NCBI RefSeq assembly: GCF_006345805.1
Contig: NC_043001.1
Location: 85,002,001 to 85,066,000, forward strand
DNA length: 64,000 nt
Direction: 5' to 3'
Source of the DNA: Octopus sinensis
Lineage: Eukaryota
How positions within the stretch are numbered: the stretch's first letter is position 1; each line of letters begins with the position of its first letter. The position numbers were made by a program, and so were the translations under genes. A model generated the notes under the pieces. That model worked only from the letters and a program-made list of their open reading frames with translations. It searched no databases and was not told the DNA's origin. Positions 39,742 through 52,100 of the stretch are shown here, piece after piece.

Positions 39742-40106
39742 TATAATATATATATTATATATATATAATATATAATATATATATTATATATATATGTATA
39801 TATATACATACATACACATATATATATATATATGAAACGCGGAGTAGATGAAACCATGGCGAATGAAGAAGGGGAATTTTCCTTGGGTTTATTTGTCCTG
39901 TACTCTATTTTTTCGTTGTTTCAGAAAAATGTCCAATTCCTTGGTTTTGTGTTTATCTTTCTCTTTGTATTCGACGTTTATTTTTGGTGTCATGTACCCA
40001 TATATGCATGTATATATACATGTAGACATAGGTACGTACATATATGTATGTATATATGCATATGTTTTATTTATTAATTTGTTATATATATATATTATAT
40101 ATAATA

Positions 40107-40172
<66 letters not shown>

Positions 40173-40295
40173 TCTTTTATTGCAGTTGAAGAAATAGCCA
40201 AATTTTTGGCTGCTATTTCTGAAAAGTTCGGTGTGTGGTAAAGTGAATTTTTTTACTTTACCATATTTTTATAAATTATATATATATATATATAT

Positions 40296-41721
40296 GTGAT
40301 GGCAATCCCTCAAGGTCGAGGATGATGGTCTTCGCGCAAATTTACTGGTGAGTCCGTAGGTGACCGGTAAGACCAATTCTTGCTTGAAAAGATCGGTCGC
40401 AGTGCGGACATCTAGTGCCGGAAGGGAGAGTCGCACGTGGTTGTTGTTGGCGCTCCTTCCGTTGTCGTCTTTTCTCCTCCAGCTCTGCAGACCTTTTCGA
40501 CTCGAAAGTCGCCGTTCCCTCATGGATGGTGGTTTTCCAGAGTGGTCTGTTTTTTTGCCGTTTCCTCCCAGTTTGTGAAGTCGATGTCACAGTTTTTGAG
40601 GTTCGTTTTCAGGGAGTCCTTGTAGCGTTTCTTCTGGCCTCCTTTTGTACGCTTGCCGTCTTTGAGTTGGGAGTAGAAGATCTGTTTGGGAAGTCGTTCG
40701 TCAGTCATTCTAACCACGTGGCCGCTCCATCTTAGTTGGCCTTTGATGACATAGGCTTCGATGCTGATCATTTTTGCTTCTTGTAGCACGCTGACGTTTG
40801 TTCTTCTGTCTTCCCAGCTGATGTTAAGGATCTTCCGAAGACAGCGTTGGTGAAATTTCTCGAGCGTTTTCAGGTGGTGACTATACGGGGTCTAGGTTTC
40901 GGATGCGTAAAGGAGGGTAGGAATAATGATTGCCCTGTACACCATGAGTTTGGTTTCGGTTCGGATGTCCCGATCAGCAAAAACTCTTGTTCGAAGCTTG
41001 CCGAAAGCTGTTCCTGCACACTTCAGACGGTGTTGGATTTCATCGCTGAGGTCTACCTTTGCTGACAGATGGCCCCCAAGGTAGCAGAAATGGTTCACAT
41101 TTTCCAGTGGAATTCCTCCGAGTTGAATCGATGGCGGCATGAACCGACATCATCTTCACGCTGCGACAGCTACAAGAAAAATGTCGTGAGCAACACCAAC
41201 CGCTCTATTTGGCTTTTATCGACCTATCCAAAGCCTTTGATCGTGTCTCGCGAGAGCTCCTCTGGGACATTCTCGCCCAGTATGGATGCCCAAATAAGTT
41301 CATCCGGATCCTCAAACTCCTCCACGACAATATGCACGCCAGAGTCCAGACCGACGGAGGCAGTTCTGAGCCCTTTAAAGTCACCTCCGGAGTTGGTGAT
41401 AGCGCCAACTCCCTTTACCATCTTTATCGCGACAGTGTTGCACCTCATACGAGATGACCTTCCACCTGGCATCGAGATCTCGTACAGAATGGACGGCAAG
41501 CTTTTCAACCTCGCTCGCCTCAAAAGTACGTCAAAGACAATGGCGCGAAGCTAGCTAGAGTTCCAATATGCCGACGACAACAGTATAGCAGCTTACAGAG
41601 AGGATCACCTCCAACAGATCCTAAATGCTTTTCATCATGCATATACTAAACTTGGACTGAGCATCAACATCAAGAAGACTCACTTACCCTACCAACCTCC
41701 TCCCAATGCCCGTGTTGACAT
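40296..41721 (-). mobile_element. RTE-clade (BovB-like) LINE, 5'-truncated with inverted 5' segment
   Basis: 40296..41140 on the minus strand: PPSIQLGG..LENVNHFCYLG...LRWSGHVVRM...CPHCDRSFQARIGLTGHLRTH*. 41141..41721 on the plus strand: DIIFTLRQLQEKCREQ...AFIDLSKAFD...QYADD...GLSINIKKT. Confidence 0.92.
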
Positions 41722-41732
41722 ATATATATATA

Positions 41733-41866
41733 AGGAAAATAGGACAAAGTAGAAAATGCCAAAGAAGTTTTTACATTAAGAATATTTTAGTACCGGTTTC
41801 AGTCTTAGTTACTAAAATGTCCATAATAAAATTATCTTAGCATTTTCTACTTTGTCCTGTTTTCCT
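41733..41866. mobile_element. Small MITE with 27-bp terminal inverted repeats
   Basis: aggaaaataggacaaagtagaaaatgc and gcattttctactttgtcctgttttcct (one mismatch), with TA on both flanks. Confidence 0.75.
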
Positions 41867-42224
41867 TATATATATATATATATATACCGGATGTTTCGCG
41901 TCTGACACCAATACATGTGTGCTACTAACACCGTGCATCTGTGTGCGAGAGTGTCTCATGCCAAGTGCCGCATTATTCAGCGTTGTAATAATACATCAAC
42001 GTTGTTTAGAATATAGGAATTACCATTCGATATTAATGCTACTTTCATCGCTAATGTTTATTATTTTAATAAGCCTGTTGTTTATTTGCGGCATCATTGA
42101 CCGAAACGTCACTGTTAATCGTGATATTGTTTACAGTGAGATTTGCCCGATTTCCAGCGACAGGACATATGTTTGTAAAGTAGCACGATGACGCTGATGT
42201 CACACGGAAAGAAAGAATGAAAGA

Positions 42225-42227
42225 AAG

Positions 42228-42287
<60 letters not shown>

Positions 42288-42292
42288 GTAGG

Positions 42293-42358
<66 letters not shown>
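42225..42358. repeat. (GATA)n microsatellite
   Basis: Directly visible. Confidence 0.95.
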
Positions 42359-43174
42359 TGTGTGCATAACAACACCAGCCACTAGTAACTAAATAAAGAA
42401 ACACTAATGATGTTTTAACGGTAAACAATATACTTATTTACTAATGATAACAACTGTTTTCTACGAAGATGCAGGCATCTCAAATCTTTTGAAAAGTCAG
42501 TATCGGCCAATATATGAGTACAAGCCGTCGATTACGCACACACACACACGCACATACACACACATGCACGTACACTGTTAACGAGTTTTTGCATTGTATG
42601 CGCACAACTGTATTGCAATTACATACTCGCGTTAAATTTTAATAACACACCAATATATGCATATCTGATAAATTGGAATTCCTAATGTCAGTATGTATTT
42701 GCGATTTGGCTGCGTGTGTACAATAATGCAAAATAAATCAGATAAAACCAGGAAACCATTAAGTAATGTTACGTCAAATGGAACATAAACAACTGTATAG
42801 TAACAAGACTCTTACCAATTTTAATGGAGTAATTTTCAAAGAAAAATATGTAATTGTTTCCATTATGCATATTTACCGTCATATTTACATTAGATTAATT
42901 TTTCATTTCTTCAACTGATTTTCAGTTAAAAGCGCCAATTCAAGAATATAGGGCACTTAATTGTTTTGTGCAATAAAAAGGAAATATAATTTGTTAATTT
43001 CCATGTATGCATTGATCTGGAAAAGTAATAATTTTTTAAATCGGCAATTACATATAATAGAGGAAATAAATATAGTGCATCGGTGCACATAAGTATATAA
43101 TTATAGGTATACACATGCAAACACATATATGGATAAACGCATGCATGCTCTTAATTATTGTTTATACATTCAAA

Positions 43175-43219
<45 letters not shown>

Positions 43220-43258
43220 ATGTGTATATATGTATGTATATATATATATATGTATATG

Positions 43259-43308
<50 letters not shown>

Positions 43309-43671
43309 TTTATATATCTATACATATGTATAATTACACACACACACATACATATTTATATTGATACGCTCGTTTATATGTATATGCATGAATTTAATGC
43401 ATATATATATACATTATTGCATGCAGTATTAATAATAGTTGATATAATTCTGTCCACAGTGCATTGATTTACGCACACCTAACAAGTGCATTATACATGA
43501 CAATTTCCCATAATACATTTATGATAGAGACCTACATTAACTGGTAGTTAAACTTTTGTTAATGAGGAACAGATACAATACATATTGTACAATATATAAA
43601 AGATATTACTCATAATATGTACTTGAATTAATCAATATATTTCTTTATATATGACTGTATAAATATATATG

Positions 43672-43930
43672 TGGAGGCGTGTGGCTTAGTGGTTAGGGTG
43701 TCAGCATCATGATCGTAAGATTGTTGTTTCGATTCCTGGATCGGACAACGTGTTGTGTTCTTGAGCAAAACACTTCATTTCACGTTCCTCCAGTCAGTCC
43801 ACTCAGCTGGCGAAAATGAATAACGCTTCGATGGACTGGCGTCCCGTCCAGCTGGGGGAACATATACGCCATTGAAACCGGGAAACCAGGTCCATGACCC
43901 TGGCTAGGCTTTAAAAGGGCGCATTTATTT
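43672..43930 (+). mobile_element. tRNA-derived SINE, family 3
   Basis: A-box tggcttagtgg, B-box gtttcgattcc, core gtgttcttgagcaaaacacttcatttcac, then gatggactggcgtcccgtccag. A degenerate copy lies at about 54742..54900. Confidence 0.8.
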
Positions 43931-44334
43931 GTTTAAATCATACAAATTACCCTGTTTTTTATAAATCTTAATTCTTCAGTGAATGGAGATAAAGTCGGAC
44001 TTTGTCGAATTGGGATAAGGTCCTGTTTATGAAGATTATTGAGCCAGAAACACATGTCCGTGCTCAGCCTCTTATCTTGAGACTATAAGCCTATGATGGT
44101 AGGTTAATCTTGTAGAAATACTTGAAACTTGACATTATATCTCTTTCTGGAGACTATTGTTATTTGGTAATTACCATGCATCATCTGGAGAGAGAGACAA
44201 TTTCAATAAATCGAGAATTTTTATTGTATATTTGACATACAAAAATATATATATATATGTATGTGTATACATATGTATGTTTCTCTGTATGTATGCATGT
44301 ATGTATGTATGTATCTATCTGTCTGTCTGTCTAT

Positions 44335-44425
<91 letters not shown>

Positions 44426-44489
44426 CATACTAGCAATCAACTAGTAGAGAAGTATGACCTTCAGTGACAAAGAAGCCAGTCCTATATAT

Positions 44490-44720
44490 CTGTGTGTATG
44501 TGTGTGTCTGGATTTGACACTGACAATCTCTTGAAAGCCGGCATTGGTTCGTTTACGTCCCCGTAATCCAGTGGTTCGGCATTAGATATCAATAGAATAA
44601 ACACCAGGCTCTTCAATAAGAAAGACAAGGTAAGTATTGGGGTCGAACTCTTCGAATAAAACCCTGCAAAGTAGTGCCCCACAGTGGCTGCAGTTCAATG
44701 ACTGAAATAAGTAAAAGAGT
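44490..44720 (+). mobile_element. SINE family 1, 3' half
   Basis: tttacgtccccgtaa...ggggtcga...gcagttcaatgactgaaataagtaaaagag. Confidence 0.7.
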
Positions 44721-45173
44721 GAGATGAAACATACGCACTTTCAGAAGCACGCAGTTACGTACCTACGTACAAACGTACATATACATGCATACACACTCGC
44801 CCACTCATGCGCACACACAGACATACACAGACACAAATACACGCATGCACGCACAGCCATACCTAGATGTTACGCAATGTCACTGGGTAATGTTCTATAT
44901 TCGGCTAATTAATCACATGCAGACATGCAAAGAATACGCATAAAACACCGAAAAACATAGAGACAAGCACATTAGGAACATCATGCCTAATGACCCAGCC
45001 GTAAGCTCAAATAATTGAAGTAGTGACAGACAGCTTCACATACAATAATGGGCGCGCACAGATATAAATACACAAGCATGCCATTCGAGAAAAACACTGA
45101 ATCACGTTACTTAGTGTGTGCTTGTCGGTGTGTATATAAATAATATATATGTCCATATACGTACAAACGTACG

Positions 45174-45209
<36 letters not shown>

Positions 45210-45211
45210 CT

Positions 45212-45870
45212 AAAAAAATTCTAGCGGCGAGTTTGCCCGACTTCAGTTCTTCGATTTTTGCTGTAGCGAGTAAATTATTTGTGGAAATTGACGATTTAAT
45301 AGTCTGTTATCATCAGCATATTGGCTTTGAATTAATTTTCTTTAGCCCTTACTTATAAGTTGTTTATAATTTTAACCGTAAAGGTATTTTAATATGCTGC
45401 CACATTTGTTGATGGAATTTTTTTCTGTAGAGAAAAAAACTTCATACTATATTAGTAGTAGACTTATTAATAATCGCTATAGGGTCTGGTAACCCCTATA
45501 ACCTGTAGTGGGGAACGGTAAAAACGTTGTACTGAGGCTGACCAAAGAATTTTCATTTTTAGATATAACTGGGGTACTTAAATGTACTCATGTTTTTTGC
45601 TTCGGCTTTTTCCATGGGCGCATGTAGGTATCTTATTTATATTCTTTCGTAAGCTCTACTGAGGAGGAATAACTCTTTTATGAGATTAATTCCGAAATTG
45701 ATTCAATATAGAGATAACGAATTTAAAAAAAATTCTAGCGGCCAGCTTGCCCGACTTCAGTTCTTCGATTTTTGCTGTAGCGAGTAAATTATATGCGGAA
45801 ATTGACGATTTAATAGTCTGTTATCAGCATATTGGCTTTGAATTAAATTTCTTTAGCTCTTACTTATACG
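45212..45870 (+). mobile_element. Retrozyme-like element: about 1.3 copies of a 514-nt monomer carrying one hammerhead
   Basis: About 145-nt direct repeats at 45212..45360 and 45726..45870 (ctagcggc at 45221 and 45735, period 514). Flanked by (TA)n and (TATG)n. Confidence 0.65.
45654..45713 (+). ncRNA. Type I hammerhead ribozyme motif, intact core
   Basis: Stem I cucua/uagag (5 bp); core CUGAGGA; stem II GGAAU/AUUCC with canonical G10.1-C11.1 plus extension; GAAA; stem III AUUGA-U-UCAAU; cleavage triplet AUA at 45706..45708. Confidence 0.8.
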
Positions 45871-46062
45871 TTATATGTATGTATGTATGTATATGTCAGT
45901 ATTCAGTTTATTTCAAGATTTATTTACTAGTAGAGAAAGGACCGGTTTCGTTGGAATTTTAAGATCAACAATAGGGTGTGTATGTATGTATGTATGTATG
46001 TATGTATGTATGTATGTATGTATGTAGTATGTATGTATGTATGCATGTATGTATGTATATGT

Positions 46063-46860
46063 GTATGTATACAGTGTACGGTGAATAAGCTGTCGTCTAA
46101 ATTATGAAAAAATGAGAATAAAACTGACACCTTATCTTAAGACATAAATTACCAAATTCCAAATATATATCCTGAAATAAAAAAGAGTAATTTTTTGTAA
46201 TAGAATCATCATTGGTTTCAGCCGCGGCCTCCAGACGATTTTGAAATCTCCTGCAACTCTCCTGGGTGGTTTCTTTGTATAAGTTGCAGCTATAATCATG
46301 CAGCTATAATCCTTGCCTTTGGTTCATTCTTGTAATTAAAAAGAATTTTTTGGTCCTTCGCTCAGCTGCGCCCTAATCATAATAATCAAGGATCGCAGTG
46401 TGGAGAGTTAAGTGGCCAGATATTAGACGTGATGTGGTCGCAGAAATTTTCATGTAGCCATGACTGGGTTCTCCTGCTTGTGTGGTATGGTGCAGAGTCT
46501 TGTTGCAGATATAGGGCCTTCAAGGACTACCTCCTCCAGGCACTTGATATAGGCCTCCGTGTTGAGTCTGAGGCCATGTGGAAGAATGAATGGAGGCATA
46601 ACGTCATCATCACTAGTGATCACTCTAAACAATATGATGTTGACTAGATGTCTTACTTTTATCACTCGTGGTACATGTTTTGGGGACCCGGCAAAAACTG
46701 AGATTGACACCCTAACACTCTTGGAGCTTCCAGTGCGAATGCCAAACAGAACAGGATGTCGTTTCCGAAATTCTGGCAGAGTGAATTGCGTCATAGTGCT
46801 GTTGATCTCGCAGACGGTGCCCAACTGACCCTACTATAATGTGTATTCGACAAAATTAAA
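46063..46860 (-). mobile_element. maT/DD37D-like transposon, internally deleted copy
   Basis: Reverse complement matches both ends of the 16320..17495 element. Peptide VITSDDDVMPPFILPHGLRLNTEAYIKCLEEV. Confidence 0.85.
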
Positions 46861-47111
46861 AACAAACAATGCGCATGCGTGAAATTAAACATATACAATG
46901 GTGACAATTACTCATCGCACACTTTACACACACACACACACACACACACATATATGTACATACACTCCTAAATGCTCGACTTTGGCAAGTCAACGTGCAT
47001 AAGCAGCGGTAAACAATAGAAAACATGCAGTTACACACGAAATATAAAATCTGACACATACACACTTGCGTATGCATATATATGTAAATGTATATATATG
47101 TATATATATTC

Positions 47112-47178
<67 letters not shown>

Positions 47179-47519
47179 CGAGAGAGATAGAGAGAGAGAG
47201 AGAGAGAATGATAAGAGAGAGAGACCTAGACAGACATGTATCATTGGGCATTAACTTTGTTGGCTGCATATTGCTGTGATTTCAGCCAATTAAAAACTTA
47301 ATCATCTCGCACTTGATGACATAATCACTTTCATTAACAGTTCCGTAACCAAAAACTACTGTCCTCTCTATCCTTTTTTTTTTTGGTTTTTCTCAATTCT
47401 TTGATCTCTCCTGTATTTTGTTGCGCATTTCTTCCTTTCTATTCTTTCGTCATTTTTGCTATTCATTTATTTTAATTATTTCTTATTTTCTTTTCTCCTC
47501 AGTATTTTTGAAACGCTTA

Positions 47520-47554
47520 TATAAAAGCGCAACAACGAGAACAGGACCTCATTC
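47520..47554 (+). promoter_or_regulatory. Core promoter of S-crystallin: TATA box plus initiator
   Basis: TATAAAAG at 47520..47527 and Inr-consensus TCATTC at 47549..47554. The A+1 at 47551 puts the TATA T at -31, the canonical spacing. Predicted 5' UTR is 93 nt. Confidence 0.7.
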
Positions 47555-47643
47555 TATATAGACCGTTCGTCTTATGTAAGCATTAGACTTATATTCAATA
47601 CATCTGTTGAATCCCATCTATCAACGTCAAACAACAACTAACC

Positions 47644-47776
47644 ATGCCTTCCTACACTCTCCACTACTTCAACCACCGTGGCCGTGCTGAGATCTGCCGT
47701 ATGCTGTTTGCAGCTGCTGGTGTCCAGTACAATGATCGCAGGATCGAGTCTTCGGAATGGAACAACATGAGGAGCA
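47644..47776 (+). CDS. S-crystallin coding exon 1
   Basis: ATG in context ctaaccATG. Encodes [16 protein letters not shown]...SSEWNNMRS. Ends phase 1 at donor GTAAGT (47777). Confidence 0.96.
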
Positions 47777-49109
47777 GTAAGTAACAATATATTAATTATA
47801 CTTAACACAAAGAATGTGAGCTCGCCGAATTATTAGAGCTGGCTCTTTACGATTTCAATACAAATACAGCCCAGATAACGTTGGCCCTTTAATCCTTTTG
47901 AAACCGATAAAATAAATTTCTAGTCAAGGCGAAATTATTAACTAAGGCTCTTCCTTGAAAATTACTGAGTTTGTTAAGAATTTGAAACAATTATGCTTTA
48001 TATACTCAGACTTGCAAATTACAAAATAGAAACTGTAGATTCTTTGTAACTGATTTGGTCTGTACAGAATTAAGAGAAAACATCCGCAATCGTTATTCTG
48101 CTTTAACACCCATCCAGGTCGTCAGGGACGAGAATCTTTTGATTCTTTTCCTTGGCTTTTGAATTGCACTATAATTCTATTAACAGCAGCAATAGGAATT
48201 TGAAGATTTTCGGCAATTTCTCGCTGGTTAAGACCAGCCTCAGATTACCCAACAATATGACCTCTTTGAAAATCTGACAGATGTGCTGAATTTTTTTTTT
48301 TTTTTTTTTGCGTGGCATGGTTACTCTTCGCAAATGTTTAATATAATGGCACCTGGAATGAAAAAGAATAATTACATTGTAAATTCTACACCGCTGAAAA
48401 CATATTAAGACGCTTAGATTAGAAATTTTGAAAATTAAAGGTGTCAATTTACTTCCTGCATGTCTGTGTATACTATCTAGTTCCATCCCATTATGTTGTT
48501 AGGGCAAATCCTATTACACTCAATAGAATTTCAGTTGACTCCTGAGATTATTTAGCCATCTTTGTTAATTCTACCCAAACTAGAAAACATTAATTTGTCA
48601 TTTCAAATGTAACTGACAACATTACCTTTTATAAATATAAAACATATTTGTTGCTTTTATAACAATACTGCATGAGTTATGGAAAACGTAGACATAAGAA
48701 ATAATAACGATATGTATTTAGTTTCTGTACGAAATTACACCTGAAGTCCAGCCGGGAATCTCTTTTTAGACTGCTTCGGATGAAGTTTTGGCCTGATAAT
48801 TTTGTTGTAGCAATCGGTATATTAAATGTAACGAAACACAAATAATCGACATTAAATTCCAAAATCATATTTTACTATGCATAATGTCGACGATGGTGAA
48901 CAAGAAAGCAGATATAAATAGTGAAGTAATTTACATGAAGTCACCTACATTTCCTGTTTTCCTTCATAAACATTTATAACAAATATGGGAACAAGTGAAT
49001 AAAATATTCAAGAATCTTTTATTTCTTGTGAAAGAGTTTCGTTGTATTCTGTGACCTGGTCATGTACACTGTTCCTCGGTATTATTAAAATTACAAACAA
49101 ACTATTTGA

Positions 49110-49147
<38 letters not shown>

Positions 49148-52100
49148 ATTTCAGCTCAGAGCTGCGGCCATGCTGGTGCACTGCCGTTTTGAGCTACACT
49201 GTTATTACTAAGAGCCTCCTCTGATATGTGGCACTTGGTGAAGAATGGAGTTTGGTATAGCTACCCTCATTTGCACCTCTTGCCGTGATGTAGGTTCATT
49301 TGGGACTCTCGACAGGAAGAAGTCCAGCTTTGATTTAAAAACCGCTACATCTACTTTGTGCAAGTTCCTCAGACTCTTTGGGAGAATATTAAAAAGCTGT
49401 GGGCCCTTGAAACCCAGGCTGTTGCAGTAGCTTGTCTTGAAGCGTGATGGCATTGCTGGGATCTTTGGCACTATGCAGTGTCGTTCCGTTCTAGCATTGG
49501 TGTAGCTTTCAATGCCAAAATTTAGCACAATCCCTACTAGAATCTTCCAGATATATATTACTGCATACCTCTCCTGTCTTCTCTCCAGGGAGTAGAGTCT
49601 TAGCTGTTTCAACCTTTCCCAGTAGCTGAGCTGTTGCAAAGAGATGATCTTCTTTGTGAATCTTCTCTGGATTGCTTCAAGGTCCGCTGTTAATTTCACA
49701 CTGGTGGGTGACCATAGCTGTGAGCAGTAATCCAGGCGACTGAGGACGAATGTCCGCCAGAGGACCATCATGGTTTCCTTATCTCTAGTTCTGAATGTGC
49801 TTAGGATCCAGCTAGCCAGTCGTCTGCACTTTGTCGCCATCATGGTAATGTGCACTTGGAAAGAGGTATCATCACTCATGTCGATACCGAGACTTAGGCT
49901 CTGGGATTGAAATTCCCTGTGGGCCGGAGTACCCTGTAAGTTCAATATTCATTTTTGGATGCTGGTAGCGCAGGGCCTAGAATTTTTCAGTATTAAACTG
50001 CATATTATTATCCTCAGCCCATCTGTAGATTGAGTCCAACTCATGCTGCAGGTTTGCAACATCGCTGGGGTTCTGTATTTTCTGCGAGACTTTCGTATCA
50101 TCTGCATAGCTTGCCAGAGTGGCTATCCTGGCATTTGAGGGAATATCTGAGAGGGCCACTATATAAAGCAGTGTTCCGAAGACAGTGCCCTGTGGAACAC
50201 CGCTCACTATTTGTGTGTTCATAGAGGTGGCTCCATTAACCACGACTGCCTGACTTCTATCTTTCAGGAAGTCATGTAACCACACTCCAAGTTTTCCAGC
50301 TATGCCGAGGTCACGCAATTTGTGGCATATCATACCATGATCCACCTTGTCAAAAGCTTTTGCAAAATCAAGGTATATTACGTCCACTTTTGACTTGTTG
50401 AGTCAACACCCAGTCATAATGTTGTAAGAGCTGGGTAAGGCAGCTCGTACCTGGTCGGAAACCATGCTGATTATCACTCAGCAAGTTATTTTCCTGAAGG
50501 AATGCGATTAATTTTCCTCTGACTATCCGTTGCATGCCTTTGCTGATGTGTGAAGTCAGAGAGATAGGCCTATAGTTTTTGGCATCTGATCTACTTCTCC
50601 CTTTATGTATTGGGCATATTATTCCCCCCTTCAGCTTGCTTGGCAGTTTTGCCATTTGTAAGAAAGCTCTGGAAGAAAATCTTGAGGGGTTTTGCCAGGG
50701 CATGCTTACACGCTTTGAGGAGGATTGCTGGGAAACCACCAGGACCGGCAGTTAAGTTTGTGTCCACTTCATCTGTGGCGAGTAGTATATATTCTTCCCT
50801 AATGTCAATGTATTCCATTGTAACTGCCTCGCTGGTTATAGGTGAGGCGGCAAAGATGTCCACTGGTTCGTTCACTTGTCTGTGCATATATATATATATA
50901 AACATATATATATATATACATATATATATATGTATGTATATATGTGTGTATGTATGCATGCATATGCATATATAACAGTTTGATTCAGACAGCTCGGTAC
51001 TCTGGTTTCAAGCGTGTTGCTAGTCTTCAGCCATTGGGGTCTGAATTAGAGTCCGATTGAAGAAAGTCAATGTCTTCTACTGGACGCTACCCTGCGATTG
51101 GTCGGAAAAGGTCACGCGGTATAGCAGTTCGATGTTGATATTTCAGTGAATACAATTTGGTTGGAAAATACCGCATGGTGAACAGGAAATCGACGGCGTG
51201 GTGGACAAGAAATCTCAAGGGACATAGTATACAGCGCCACTTTTACACTGTCCGATAGCATTACTAAGCACTATACTGGGCATGACGGCCAATATCTTCA
51301 AGGAAGGTATACACAGAGCAAATCGATCCCAGGACTTATCCTTTGTAAGCCTAGTACTTGTTCTATTGGTCTCTTTTGCCGAACAGCTACATTACGGGTA
51401 CGTAAACACACCAGAATCGGTTTCCAAGCGATGATGGGGGGACAGACAGACAGGCAGACAGATACACACACACACACACACACTTCTTTCAGTTTCCTTC
51501 TACCAAATCCACTCACACAGCATTGGTCGGGTCGAAGCTGCAGCAGAAGACACCTGCCCAAGTTGTAATGCAGTGGAACTGATCCCGGTACCATGTGGTT
51601 GGTAAGGAAGCTTCTTACCACACGGCCACTCCTGAGCCTAAAGCATAGAAAGACATTTACAGCACTGAGGTTTCTCAAGCGGTCACCCATCTAAGTACTC
51701 ACTAGGCTCAACGTTGCTTAACTTCGCTAACCGGACTAGAACCGGTGTTTTCAACGTAATATGGCCATGAGCCTAATAACTTCAAATTTAAGTACGTGGA
51801 CATCAGTTTTGAGGAAAGGGGCAAAGTTTTCGATTGGTACTTTACTTTATGGACCCCAAGCAGATGAAAATCAAAGTTGGCGGGGGTTGAATTCCCGTGT
51901 AAAGAAGCGAAACAAATGACGCAAATGATTATTTCCGACGCTCAAACGATTATATCTGTCCCCCGTCCTAATATAAATTCTATTAATATAGAGTTGAAAC
52001 AAATCAACTATAGACTCAAGAATAAAATGGGATCATTTTGATTTACATTTTTGTTCTGGAAGGAGAAAACCTGTCAGCCTAGAAGTCATTTGCTGACCTC

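Noticed and set aside
45360-45725. Minus-strand GIY-YIG-like peptide traces inside the 514-nt unit
   Set aside because: Only vague Cys/Lys patterns across stops. The intact hammerhead on the + strand explains the unit better.
47230-47520. AP-1/ARE or Maf sites in the crystallin promoter
   Set aside because: No exact TGA(C/G)TCA, TGACnnnGC or MARE match. Only partial TGCTG and TGAC words expected by chance.
50985-51035. Minus-strand CUGAAGA...GAAAC hammerhead-like motif
   Set aside because: Stem II has unpaired bases at its base and stems I and III are only 2-3 bp, so it is too degenerate to call.
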